Source of the DNA: an uncultured delta proteobacterium
Lineage (GTDB): Bacteria > Myxococcota_A > Polyangia > Polyangiales > Polyangiaceae
Reading direction: 5' to 3'
Length of the DNA: 64,000 nt
Assembly: GCA_963850305.1 (NCBI GenBank)
Contig: CAWKKR010000007.1
Coordinates: forward strand, 992,001 to 1,056,000
Shown one piece after another: positions 10,550 to 19,929 of the stretch (positions within the stretch are counted from its first letter, which is position 1; every line of letters starts with the position of its first letter). The translations under genes were made by a program, and so were the position numbers. The notes beneath the pieces were generated by a model. The model saw nothing but the letters and a program-made list of their open reading frames with translations, had not been told where the DNA came from and searched no databases.

Positions 10550-11812
10550 ATGGCAATCGATTTCGAACACCACCCGGTAGTGGCTCAGACGGCGATGATG
10601 ATCCAGCAGATGGCGGCATCCATGATGCGCCCCGTGGCGCGTGAAGTGGACGAGCACGAGCACAGCGATCCCACCGCGTACATCAACTTCATGTGGGACA
10701 TCATGAAGAGCGGCGCCGGCGGCGCTGCCGCGACGCAGTTCACCGGCGGCGCGAAGAAGAGCAAGGAGCCGAAGGATCCGAACGCGCCGAAGAAGCCCGG
10801 GTTCGGCAACGTGCTCGGAGCGGTGTCGATCGAGGCGATGTCCTGGGGCGACGCGGGCGTCTATCTGGCAACCCCGGTTGCCGGACTCGGGGGCGCGGCC
10901 GTCGCGGCCGCCGGCACCGACGAGCAGAAGGAGAAGTTCCTCGCGCGGTTCCAGGAAGGCGAAAAGCCGATCTGGGGCGCGATGGCCATCACCGAGCCGG
11001 GCTGTGGCTCGGACTCCGCCGCCATCACGACGACCGCCACGAAGGACGGAGATTTCTACGTCCTGAACGGCCACAAGATCTTCGTCACGAGCGGCAAGCG
11101 CGCAATCAAGGACTCGAACGGGTTCGTGGTCGTGTGGGCGACGGTCGACAAGAGCGCGGGCCGCGCGGGCATCAAGTCGTTCGTGGTCGAGGCGGGGACG
11201 CCGGGCATGACGCTCCTCGGCTGCGAGAAGAAGCACGGCATCCGCGCGTCGGACACGGCGCAGATCGTGTTCGAGAACTGCCGCGTGCCGAAGGAGAACC
11301 TGCTCGGTACCCCGGAGGTGGACCTGAACAAGGGCTTCAAGGGCGTCATGGCGACGTTCGACGCGACGCGCCCCGCGGTCGCGGCGAGTGCGATCGGCAT
11401 TGGCCGCGCCGCGCTCGAGTTCGTCAAGGAAGAGCTCGACAAGGCGGGCGTGAAGCTCCGCTACGGCATCACGCCGCACAAGCTCACGTCCCGCGAGCGC
11501 GACGTCATGGAGATGGAGGCGAATCTCAAGGCCGCCTGGCTCCTAACGCTCAAGGCCGCATGGATGAGCGACAACAAGAAGCACAACAATCTCGAAGCGA
11601 GCATCTGCAAGGCGAAGGCCGGCCTCGCCGTGACGCACATCACGCAGAAGGCCGTCGAGCTCATGGGCCCACTCGGCTACTCGCGCGACATCTTGCTCGA
11701 GAAGTGGATGCGCGACGCGAAGATCAACGACATCTTCGAAGGCACGCAGCAGATCAACATGCTCATCATCGCCCGCCGCATCCTCGGCTACGGCCGCGAT
11801 CAGCTGAAGTGA
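10550..11812 (+). CDS. Acyl-CoA dehydrogenase, catalytic subunit (FadE23-like)
   Basis: AITEPGCGSD, LNGHKIFVT, WMRDAKINDIFEGTQQI. Confidence 0.95.
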   Translation: MAIDFEHHPVVAQTAMMIQQMAASMMRPVAREVDEHEHSDPTAYINFMWDIMKSGAGGAAATQFTGGAKKSKEPKDPNAPKKPGFGNVLGAVSIEAMSWGDAGVYLATPVAGLGGAAVAAAGTDEQKEKFLARFQEGEKPIWGAMAITEPGCGSDSAAITTTATKDGDFYVLNGHKIFVTSGKRAIKDSNGFVVVWATVDKSAGRAGIKSFVVEAGTPGMTLLGCEKKHGIRASDTAQIVFENCRVPKENLLGTPEVDLNKGFKGVMATFDATRPAVAASAIGIGRAALEFVKEELDKAGVKLRYGITPHKLTSRERDVMEMEANLKAAWLLTLKAAWMSDNKKHNNLEASICKAKAGLAVTHITQKAVELMGPLGYSRDILLEKWMRDAKINDIFEGTQQINMLIIARRILGYGRDQLK

Positions 11813-12077
11813 GCCCATAGCAACGCAGAGCGCGCCGATGCCCACCCCCGTCGGCGCGCAACGCGCCGCCGACCCCTCCCAAATCGCGCGCTCCGCGCGC
11901 TCAGGGAGGGATTGGTGGACGCCCGCACGCGATTGACGCGATGGGTCACCGAAGCCGCCTTGACGGCGGGCGTCGCCCTTCGTAATCGTGGCGCGATTCA
12001 TCGGCGCGAGAGTGACGCGAGCTGCCGATGTGGTTGAACCAATCGCGTGCGGCGCTAGCGCCGAAAGGGAACAGAAC

Positions 12078-12503
12078 ATGGCTGAATTCGAGGCAAGCTC
12101 ACCAGAGGAGCTGCGAGCATTGATCGAAGGTAGGTCGGACGACGAGATCAATGCGGGGCTCAAGGCAGGCGGCACGGCCGCCGCGCTCGACAAGGTTTTT
12201 CAGGGGATGGTCGACGCGTTCCTGCCGGCCAAGGCAGGGGGCCAGAGCGCCGTCATTCAGTACGACGTGACGGGTCCCGACGGGAAGCACTCGTATCAGC
12301 TCAAGGTCGCCGACGGCAAAGCACAGCTCCTGAAGGGAGCTCCGGAAAGCGCGAGGGTGACGCTGTCGCTCGCCGCGCCCGATTTCCTGCGCCTCGTCAC
12401 TGGCAAGCTGAATGGTCAGACGGCGTTCTTCCAGGGCAAGCTGAAGCTCTCGGGCGACATGATGTTCGCCCAGACCATGCAGTCCTGGTTCAAGATGGTC
12501 TGA
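12078..12503 (+). CDS. SCP2 sterol/lipid-binding domain protein
   Basis: DFLRLVTGKLNGQTAFFQGKLKLSGDMMFA SCP2 signature. Confidence 0.9.
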   Translation: MAEFEASSPEELRALIEGRSDDEINAGLKAGGTAAALDKVFQGMVDAFLPAKAGGQSAVIQYDVTGPDGKHSYQLKVADGKAQLLKGAPESARVTLSLAAPDFLRLVTGKLNGQTAFFQGKLKLSGDMMFAQTMQSWFKMV

Positions 12504-12523
12504 ACGCCGAAGGTCCACGGACG

Positions 12524-12557
12524 ACGGGCAGCCCGCCAGGCTGCCCGTTTTCTTTTT
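12524..12557 (+). terminator. Rho-independent terminator
   Basis: ACGGGCAGCC-CGCCA-GGCTGCCCGT followed by TTTCTTTTT. Confidence 0.85.
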
Positions 12558-12581
12558 GTGCGCCCTGCCGGGGCGCTGCGC

Positions 12582-13592
12582 TCACTCGACCTGCTCGAAC
12601 CCGCGGATCTTGAGGACCTTGTTCACGAGCGCCTTGTCGAAGGTGCCGTACGCGAGACCCCGCACGACCTTCTTGAGCAGCGCCTCCCACTCGTCCCGCT
12701 CGGCCTGGGTCATCTTGACGAGCGTCATCTTCGTGAGGAGCCGGTCGTACGCCTCGGCGTCCAGCTTGCGGATGCGATCGAGCTGAACGCTCGAGGCTCG
12801 AGCCTGGAGCTCCTCGAACGTCTGCAGAAGGTCGGCCGGCAGGGATTCCAGCGTTCCGTTCCTGAAGACCATCCCGCCGATGGCGCAGACGCTCACCTGG
12901 TCGCTCACGTGGTCGAGATAAGGCGTCCACTGGAGTTGTTCGGCCGCGAGCGCCGGGGCATTGATCGAATCGATGCTTCCCGCGCGGAGCGCGGGCAAGA
13001 CTTCCATCGGATCGACGATCACCGGGACCACGCCGCCGATCGCGGAATACACAGCGGGCCCCATCGGCTCGTTGCGCCACGTCGCGGGGTGACGATTCTT
13101 GAGGTCCGTGGGACGGCGAATTTCGAACCCGTGGCTGAACTGGCGCACGAGACCGATGTCTCCCCAGCCGACGACCCGGAACCCGGCACGCTTGAGCCCC
13201 GCTTCGATGTCCGGCTGAAGCGCGTGGCGGACCTCGTCCAGCTGGGCCCAGGTGGTCATCACGCCAGGCATCTGGAGGACGAGCACGTCCCGGTAGATGT
13301 ACGAGAGCCCGACGGAGGTGAGAGCGGCGCCATCGAGCTCGCCGGTCTTCATCTTGCTGACCATGGCGTCCTCGCCACCCTGGACGCCGTTGAAGAACAT
13401 CTGCACGTCGAGCCGGCCGTCGGTCTTCTTCTCCAGTGCCCTTTCCCAGACGTCGTACACCTTGCCCCACGACGAATTCTTCGGCGCGAGGCTCGCTATA
13501 CGGAGCGTATGCTCGGCGGCGTGGGCTCGCGGCGCGAGCGTGATTCCGAGACCGAGAGCGGCGAGCGCGGCGAATCGAAGGAGGGGCTTCAT
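12582..13592 (-). CDS. dctP: TRAP transporter solute-binding protein (DctP, TatP-like)
   Basis: Signal peptide; LRIASLAPKNSSW...KTDGRL...GGEDAMVSKMKTGELDGA. Confidence 0.85.
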   Translation of the reverse strand: MKPLLRFAALAALGLGITLAPRAHAAEHTLRIASLAPKNSSWGKVYDVWERALEKKTDGRLDVQMFFNGVQGGEDAMVSKMKTGELDGAALTSVGLSYIYRDVLVLQMPGVMTTWAQLDEVRHALQPDIEAGLKRAGFRVVGWGDIGLVRQFSHGFEIRRPTDLKNRHPATWRNEPMGPAVYSAIGGVVPVIVDPMEVLPALRAGSIDSINAPALAAEQLQWTPYLDHVSDQVSVCAIGGMVFRNGTLESLPADLLQTFEELQARASSVQLDRIRKLDAEAYDRLLTKMTLVKMTQAERDEWEALLKKVVRGLAYGTFDKALVNKVLKIRGFEQVE

Positions 13593-13657
13593 GGCGGCAC
13601 GTAATGTGCCCGGTCGCCGGGCCCTTGTCGAGGGACGGATGAATCCGCCGTGCCGCG

Positions 13658-14101
13658 TCACGCAGCGGGACGCGGCACCGTGATGACCGGGACGTCGGAG
13701 TTCCTCACGACGCGCTCCGCGACGCTGCCGAGCAGCAAATGTTCGATCCCGGTGCGCCCGTGGGTCCCCATGACGATCAGGTCGGCCTGGACCTCGCTCA
13801 CGACTCGCAAGATTTCCTGGTACGGGATTCCTTCGCGCAGCGAGCCGTGGATCTCCACGTCGTGCTCGCGCTTTGCCCTGGCGAGAAACTCGTCGAACGC
13901 TTTCTGGCTCTGATCCCGGAACTGCCCCACGACGATCGGCCCCGGCAAGAGCGGCGGCGCCACGAAGGCGCTCGCCGGGTAGACGTGGACGAGATGGAGG
14001 GACGCGCCGAAGCTCCGCGCGAAGCCAGTCGCATAGGCTAGGGCACGCTCCGAGTGCTCCGAGAAGTCGACTGGAACCAGGACTTTTTCCACCTTCGGCA
14101 T
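13658..14101 (-). CDS. Universal stress protein
   Basis: VLVPVDFSEHS...[12 protein letters not shown]...LGSVAERVVR. Confidence 0.95.
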   Translation of the reverse strand: MPKVEKVLVPVDFSEHSERALAYATGFARSFGASLHLVHVYPASAFVAPPLLPGPIVVGQFRDQSQKAFDEFLARAKREHDVEIHGSLREGIPYQEILRVVSEVQADLIVMGTHGRTGIEHLLLGSVAERVVRNSDVPVITVPRPAA

Positions 14102-14130
14102 TGGATCCTCGTTGGGCTCGTCGTGTCTTT

Positions 14131-14146
14131 CGCAAGTCGCGAGCCC
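14131..14146 (-). promoter_or_regulatory. Putative sigma54 -24/-12 promoter of the USP gene
   Basis: Minus strand GGGCTCGCGACTTGCG (GG-N10-GC). Confidence 0.55.
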
Positions 14147-14223
14147 GGCCAGCCCGGTCGCGGCTCTACCAGTCCATCATAGCCGGCTCGTCGAACCGCG
14201 TCGGTGCCGGAGACGCCTCGCGG

Positions 14224-15321
14224 TCAAGGACCCGGAAGTTCGGGGAAAGCCTCTGCGACGTCGGCGTTGACGATGCGCCCCTTGTGCAGATTCAGTGCCG
14301 ACGCGCGTCCACGGTCCTGGGCGACGAACGCTTCCGGACCGATGCGGGCCAGCTGCCGCACGTAAGGCAGCGTCGCGTTGCACAGGGCGTGCGTGCTGGT
14401 GCGGCCGACGGCGCCCGGCATGTTACCGACGCAGTAATGCACCACGCCGTGCACGACGTAAACCGGATCATGGTGCGTCGTGGGACGCGACGTCTCGACG
14501 CAGCCGCCCTGGTCGATGCACACGTCGACGATCACCGCGCCCGGTTTCATCTTCGCGACTATCTCGGCGGTCACGAGCCGGGGTGCGCGTCGACCAGGGA
14601 CGAGAACCGCACCGACGACGAGATCGGCTCGCTCCGTGTAGGCGGCGATGGCGTGGGGGTCCGAGTACACGGTCGTGACGTTCGCGGGCATCAACGCATC
14701 GAGGTCCCGGAGCCGATCCAGATTCACGTCCATGAGGACGACGTTGGCACCCATGCCTGCGGCGATGCGCGCGGCGTTGGTTCCCACCACTCCCGCGCCG
14801 AGCACCACGACGTTGGCCGGTTCGACGCCGGGAACGCCGCCGAGCAGCACTCCGCGCCCGAGCATCGGCGTCTCCAGGTGTTTGGCGCCCTCCTGGATGG
14901 CCATGCGCCCGGCGACCTCGCTCATCGGCGTGAGCAGTGGCAGGCGGCCGAGGGGGTCGGTGAGCGTCTCGTACGCGATGGCCGTGTAACCCGAAGCGAG
15001 CGAGCGCTCGGTGAGGGCGCGCGACGCTGCGAAGTGAAAATAGCCGAAGACCGTGTGCCGCGGCTGCAGACGGTCGAGTTCCGACGCCAGCGGCTCCTTC
15101 ACCTTGACGATGAGCTCCGCTTGTTCGAAGACGGCTTCGGGCCCGTCGACGATGCGCGCTCCGGCGCGCTCATAGTCGTCGTCGGAGTGGCCGCTGCCGC
15201 GCCCGGCCCCGCGCTCGATGAACACCGAGTGGCCATCATGCGCGAGCAAATCGGCCCCAACGGGGCGAAGTGCCACGCGATATTCGTCGTCTTTGATCTC
15301 CTTCGGAACACCGACTCTCAT
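14224..15321 (-). CDS. ald: Alanine dehydrogenase
   Basis: [44 protein letters not shown]. Confidence 0.97.
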   Translation of the reverse strand: MRVGVPKEIKDDEYRVALRPVGADLLAHDGHSVFIERGAGRGSGHSDDDYERAGARIVDGPEAVFEQAELIVKVKEPLASELDRLQPRHTVFGYFHFAASRALTERSLASGYTAIAYETLTDPLGRLPLLTPMSEVAGRMAIQEGAKHLETPMLGRGVLLGGVPGVEPANVVVLGAGVVGTNAARIAAGMGANVVLMDVNLDRLRDLDALMPANVTTVYSDPHAIAAYTERADLVVGAVLVPGRRAPRLVTAEIVAKMKPGAVIVDVCIDQGGCVETSRPTTHHDPVYVVHGVVHYCVGNMPGAVGRTSTHALCNATLPYVRQLARIGPEAFVAQDRGRASALNLHKGRIVNADVAEAFPELPGP

Positions 15322-15345
15322 GAAGCGGAGCCTCCGAGAGGAGCA

Positions 15346-15361
15346 TGGCACGGGCGTTGCT
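15346..15361 (+). promoter_or_regulatory. sigma54 promoter of the hsp20-usp genes
   Basis: TGGCACGGGCGTTGCT, near-consensus TGGCACG-N4-TTGC. Confidence 0.8.
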
Positions 15362-15414
15362 CGTGGACGAGCGCCAGCCGGAAGAGCTGGGGACACTTAA
15401 CGGAGGAGTCACGC

Positions 15415-15933
15415 ATGGCAAATGTCGCGGTCGTCAAGGGCAATGGTGAGCGCGCGCATCGCGCGCCGCTCGCGCGGGCTCGGCAGCGTAACGAAGAAGA
15501 GGCGCGGGAAGTCGCCTGGGACCCGCTCCGCACGGTGAAGGAGTTCATGCGGATGGACCCCGGGGAAGGGCTGCTCGCACCGCTGTGGGACAAGGTCTCT
15601 TCGTCGTTCGTTCCCGCCTTCGACGTGCGCGAGACCAAGGAAGCATTCGAGTATCGCGCCGACGTTCCGGGCGTCGATCCGAAGGACCTGGACGTTCGTG
15701 TCACCGCGGATCGTCTCATCGTCACTGGCAAACGCACGGCCGAGAAATCCGAGCACGGGGACACGTACTACACTTACGAACGCTCGTACGGCTCCTTCAC
15801 GCGGAAATTCAGGGTGCCGGATGGAGCAGAGCCCGACGCGGTTCAAGCGCGGCTCAAGGACGGCGTTCTCAGGATCGTGCTTCCCAAGAAGCCGGAAGCA
15901 AAGCCGCGCCACGTGCCCGTGAAGAGCATCTGA
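15415..15933 (+). CDS. Hsp20/alpha-crystallin small heat shock protein
   Basis: FVPAFDVRETKE...ADVPG...ERSYGSFTRKF...LKDGVLRIVLPK; RBS GGAGG. Confidence 0.95.
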   Translation: MANVAVVKGNGERAHRAPLARARQRNEEEAREVAWDPLRTVKEFMRMDPGEGLLAPLWDKVSSSFVPAFDVRETKEAFEYRADVPGVDPKDLDVRVTADRLIVTGKRTAEKSEHGDTYYTYERSYGSFTRKFRVPDGAEPDAVQARLKDGVLRIVLPKKPEAKPRHVPVKSI

Positions 15934-15969
15934 GCCAGGCTCCGAGGAGCTCGGCGCGAGTTTCGGGAC

Positions 15970-16437
15970 ATGGACAGCGGCTTTCACGTTCGAAGGATTC
16001 TCGCCCCCGTAGATTTTTCGCCGTCCTCTCGGCTGGCCTTCGAATGCGCGCTCGCCCTTGCAGAGCGGTTTGGTGCGGGCATTCACGTGCTGCATGCGTG
16101 GGAAATCCCCGTCTATCTGCGGCCCGATCTCACCGTGTGGTCCGGCGAGGTGAGCGCGACGCTCGCGGATCATACGCGCGACGAGGCGGAGCGTGGCCTG
16201 CGGGCGTTTCTGTCGCAGGGGGCCGGCGCCGGACGCGCGCGTCTGACGTCCGAGGTCGCCGGGGGATCGCCGTACGCGGTCATCATGGACGCGGCAAAGC
16301 ACGGCCAATTCGACCTGATCGCGATGGGCACGCACGGACGGACGGGGCTATCGCACCTCGTCCTCGGGAGCGTCGCGGAGAAGGTCGTTCGGCACGCGCA
16401 CTGTCCGGTGCTGACGGTGCGCGAGAGAGTCGGATAG
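15970..16437 (+). CDS. Universal stress protein
   Basis: [12 protein letters not shown]...[27 protein letters not shown]. Confidence 0.95.
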   Translation: MDSGFHVRRILAPVDFSPSSRLAFECALALAERFGAGIHVLHAWEIPVYLRPDLTVWSGEVSATLADHTRDEAERGLRAFLSQGAGAGRARLTSEVAGGSPYAVIMDAAKHGQFDLIAMGTHGRTGLSHLVLGSVAEKVVRHAHCPVLTVRERVG

Positions 16438-17889
16438 TCCCGAGGGCAAGGTGTCTCCGGGTCGCTCCGGGTCAGGACTGTCGAACGCGGAGGGAGCCGG
16501 GGTTTTTCGGTCCGAATGAACCGCCGGAACGCGACTCTTCGGAGCCGCACCGAACTCTTGCAGCTTGTATTGGATCTTGCGGACGCTGATTCCGAGGACA
16601 TCCGCGGCCTTCGTAGTGGAGCCCGCGTTCACCTCGAGAGTCTTCAGGATCGCGTAACGCTCGATATCGGCCATCGTTGAACCCGGGATCTTGGGGCCTA
16701 TCTGCTCCCGGGGTAAGGGAGACACGTCTGGCGGGAGGTGTTCGACGTCGATGGCGTTCCGGTCGCAAAGGACCACCGCTCGTTCGATCACGTTCTCGAG
16801 CTCGCGCACGTTGCCCGGCCACCCGTAGCCGATGATTCGCTCGAGCGCGGCGTCCGAGAATCGGTCGATCGTCTTTTCGTTTTCCTGGGAGTATTTGTGC
16901 AAAAAATGCATCGAGATGAGGGGAATATCCGAGGTCCGTTCGCGGAGCGCCGGCATCCGGACGTTCACGACGTTGAGCCGGTAGTAAAGGTCTTCCCGAA
17001 ACGTCCCCGCGCTCACCATCGTTTTCAGATCGCGATTGGTGGCCGCGATGAGGCGCACGTCGACCTGAACCGTCTGGTTGCCTCCCACGCGCTCGAACTC
17101 GCGCTCCTGGAGCACTCGCAACAGCTTCACCTGTGTCGCGGGCGAGATTTCGCTGATCTCGTCCAGAAACAAGGTTCCCGAGTTGGCGTTCTCGAACCGT
17201 CCCTCGCGGCGTCGCTCGGCCCCCGTGAACGCGCCGCGTTCGTGCCCGAACAGTTCGCTCTCGAGCAGGTTCTCGGCGAGCGCCGCGCAATGAAGCTTCA
17301 CGAAGGGCCCGGTTGCCCGCGGTGAGCGATGATGTATCGCGGCGGCGACCAGTTCCTTGCCAGTGCCGGACTCTCCCGTGATGAGGATGGTGGCGCGACT
17401 CTGTGCCACCTGGGCGATCGTCTTGAAGACCTGCTGCATCTCCGGAGACGAACCGATGATGTTCTCGAATCGGTACCGCTCGTTCAGGCGATCGCGGAGA
17501 TCTTTCGTTTCGCGGCGAAGCTTCTGTCGCTCGAGCTCGCGTTCGATCACGATGAGCAGCTCGTCGGTGTTCAGCGGCTTGGTCAGGTAATCCGATGCTC
17601 CGGCGCGCATGGCGGCCACGGCGGTATCGACCGCGCCGAAAGCCGTCATCACGATCACGCCGACGTCGCGGTCCGTTGCGCGGACCTTTCCCATGAACTC
17701 GATGCCGTCCATCCCCGGCATCTTCAGATCGGTCAGGACGAGGTCAGCGGCAAAGTCCTCCAGTTTTCCCAGCGCCTTGAAGCCGTCGGCGGCCGTCTCC
17801 ACGGAATAGCGCTCCTCCCGCAGGATCTCGGCGAGCGCGTTGCGCGCGTTGGCTTCGTCGTCGACTACGAGTACGCGGGCACGGGTCAC
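16348..17889 (-). CDS. sigma54-dependent response regulator (NtrC/AtoC-type enhancer-binding protein)
   Basis: Receiver domain, [24 protein letters not shown], Fis-type HTH. Confidence 0.97.
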   Translation of the reverse strand: MTRARVLVVDDEANARNALAEILREERYSVETAADGFKALGKLEDFAADLVLTDLKMPGMDGIEFMGKVRATDRDVGVIVMTAFGAVDTAVAAMRAGASDYLTKPLNTDELLIVIERELERQKLRRETKDLRDRLNERYRFENIIGSSPEMQQVFKTIAQVAQSRATILITGESGTGKELVAAAIHHRSPRATGPFVKLHCAALAENLLESELFGHERGAFTGAERRREGRFENANSGTLFLDEISEISPATQVKLLRVLQEREFERVGGNQTVQVDVRLIAATNRDLKTMVSAGTFREDLYYRLNVVNVRMPALRERTSDIPLISMHFLHKYSQENEKTIDRFSDAALERIIGYGWPGNVRELENVIERAVVLCDRNAIDVEHLPPDVSPLPREQIGPKIPGSTMADIERYAILKTLEVNAGSTTKAADVLGISVRKIQYKLQEFGAAPKSRVPAVHSDRKTPAPSAFDSPDPERPGDTLPSGLSDSLAHRQHRTVRVPNDLLRDAPEDEVR

Positions 17890-17934
17890 GGGTCACCAAC
17901 CAGTGTGAAGGCCAATTCAACCTGCAGGGCAACA

Positions 17935-17950
17935 AGCACGAAATGTGCCG
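17935..17950 (-). promoter_or_regulatory. Putative sigma54 promoter of the enhancer-binding protein gene
   Basis: Minus strand CGGCACATTTCGTGCT (GG-N10-GC). Confidence 0.55.
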
Positions 17951-18093
17951 GCCGGTCCGACGAAACGAGCATACCGTCGGATGCCCCAAACGCGGGTCGC
18001 GCCACGCGGTCGATATTGAAGATCGTCGGCCCCGGACGCAAGGAGTTCGACGCGTCGCGCCCCGCGGCGCAATAACTGCGCATTCTGCGCGGG

Positions 18094-19503
18094 CTAGGAC
18101 GACGGTTGCGGCAGGCTCACCGAGAAGAGCGTTCGCCCGGGCCGTGACTCGACCTGAATACTGCCGCCGTGCTCCGAGATGATGCTGTGCACGAGCGAGA
18201 GCCCAAGCCCGGTACCGCGTTCCTTCGTCGTGTAGAACGCGTCGAAGATCGGTGCGGTCTCGGGAAACCCAGGGCCCGTGTCCTCGACCTCCACTCGGAC
18301 GAATCCACGGACGTCCGCACCGTGGGAGCTCACCACGAGGCGGCCGCCGCCTTCCATCGCTTCGATTCCGTTTCGGACGATATTCAAGAACACCTGCCGG
18401 AGCCGTTCCTCGTCCGCGTGAATGCGTCCAACCGTTGGCTCCAGCGCGTTCTCGAGAGCGACTCCTGCAGTCTCGCATTCGGGGCGCACGAGGTGAACGA
18501 CGCCTGCGAGGATGTCATTCAATGCCACGGGGCGGAGATTCAACGGCATCGGTCGCGCGAACGCGAGAAATTCGCTCACGAGTCGGTCGAGCCTCCGGAT
18601 CTCGTTGTGAACGATGTTGACGCCGTTCTGAATCGCGTCGGGCCGCGCGTCACCGCGCGCGAGCCGCCGCTCGATCACCTGAAGCTGCAGCGAAGCCGAG
18701 TTGAGCGGATTTCGAACCTCGTGCGCCAGGCCCGCCGCCAGCGTCCCCATGGCGACGAGACGTTCGGTGCGCGCCGCGTGACGCTGGGCCTCCCTTTCTT
18801 CCGTCACGTCGACGCCGACCGCGAACGTCAGCGGCGGCTCGTTCGGTGAAACGGTCACCTCCGATCGGCGCCACCGAACCAGCCGATGGCCGCCACGCTT
18901 CAGCGGCAGCCGGAGGTCTCGATCCACGCCCCCGATCAGGCCGACGCCCCGCTCGCCGATCATTTCGTCGCGGGAGAAGCCCGTTACCTGCTCCAGTTGA
19001 CGGTTCCAGAGAGCGACGTTTCCGTGACCATCGAGGGCGACCACGAAGGCCGGAACGCTCTCGAGCATGTTTCGATGGCGTCGCTCGGATTGCTCGAGCT
19101 TGAGCTCGAGCGCGTGGTGTTCCCGGAGAAGGTGCGCTCGTTCAATCGCGCGCGCGACCTTTTCCAGCAGCTCGTTGGTGGAGAACGGCTTGAGGACGTA
19201 GCTGAACGCCCCGCGATCGATCGCTCCGATCGCACTCTCGATGGAAGCGTCTCCAGTGACGATCACCACTTGAACGAACGGCGCTCGCTCTCTCAGATCG
19301 CCTATGAGCTCGACGCCGTCAGCATCCGGTAGATGGAGATCCACGAGCGCGACATCGAGGTCACTCTCTGTTGCGGCGCACGCATCTGCCCCAGTCGTGG
19401 CCATGCGGCAGACGAGGTCGGGTACGCCGGCGCGCAGTTCCTCGACGATGCGGTCCGCCAGGGGCCGCTGATCTTCGACTACCAGCGCTTTGCTCGGGGC
19501 CAT
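18094..19503 (-). CDS. Hybrid receiver-PAS-histidine kinase
   Basis: Receiver (LVDLHLPD), PAS-like segment, LAHEVRNPL H-box, DTGPG and GTGLGL. Confidence 0.92.
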   Translation of the reverse strand: MAPSKALVVEDQRPLADRIVEELRAGVPDLVCRMATTGADACAATESDLDVALVDLHLPDADGVELIGDLRERAPFVQVVIVTGDASIESAIGAIDRGAFSYVLKPFSTNELLEKVARAIERAHLLREHHALELKLEQSERRHRNMLESVPAFVVALDGHGNVALWNRQLEQVTGFSRDEMIGERGVGLIGGVDRDLRLPLKRGGHRLVRWRRSEVTVSPNEPPLTFAVGVDVTEEREAQRHAARTERLVAMGTLAAGLAHEVRNPLNSASLQLQVIERRLARGDARPDAIQNGVNIVHNEIRRLDRLVSEFLAFARPMPLNLRPVALNDILAGVVHLVRPECETAGVALENALEPTVGRIHADEERLRQVFLNIVRNGIEAMEGGGRLVVSSHGADVRGFVRVEVEDTGPGFPETAPIFDAFYTTKERGTGLGLSLVHSIISEHGGSIQVESRPGRTLFSVSLPQPSS

Positions 19504-19709
19504 CGTGCGCGTTTTCGCGACCCAAGGCCGCTCGTCAATCCTGGCGAAAGGCACTCGATGGATCACGACTTTTCTTCTGCGGGAGCAGCCGCCGAATGCA
19601 TTTCGGTCAATAGGTCCGAAAAAACGATGAGGGGCTCCGCGCTTGATACTGGCCACGGAGAAGTGAGCTTTTCACTCAGAGTATCCTCGTGTCGCCTCGT
19701 CGCAAGGCC

Positions 19710-19724
19710 GCAGGCTCGGTGCCA
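19710..19724 (-). promoter_or_regulatory. Putative sigma54 promoter upstream of the kinase gene
   Basis: Minus strand TGGCACCGAGCCTGC (GG-N10-GC). Confidence 0.55.
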
Positions 19725-19769
19725 CGGCCCCCCGGGTCTTTGGCGAGGAGCCTTCCCGCTTGTCTCCGG

Positions 19770-19843
19770 TCGGGGCGGGGAGATTCGAACTCCCGACCTC
19801 ACGGACCCGAACCGTGCGCGCTACCAAACTGCGCTACGCCCCG
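19770..19843 (-). tRNA. tRNA-Pro (anticodon CGG), CCA not encoded
   Basis: CGGGGCGTAGCGCAGTTTGGTAGCGCGCACGGTTCGGGTCCGTGAGGTCGGGAGTTCGAATCTCCCCGCCCCGA cloverleaf. Confidence 0.97.
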
Positions 19844-19929
19844 GAGGTTTCTCGTCGCGGTGGGCGCGGGACAATGGGCTTTGAGGCGCCGCGTGTCAAG
19901 GGCTGTGGTAGTGGTGCGCGGAGCCGAAA

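Noticed and set aside
13873..15414. Long N-terminal extension of Hsp20 and other long antisense/alternate-frame ORFs (e.g. 37348..38826, 30860..32527)
   Set aside because: Shadow ORFs of real genes, expected at this high GC; real starts are supported by RBS and promoter
19770..19843. tRNA-anchored genomic island
   Set aside because: No integrase, and I saw no duplicated tRNA 3' end in the window
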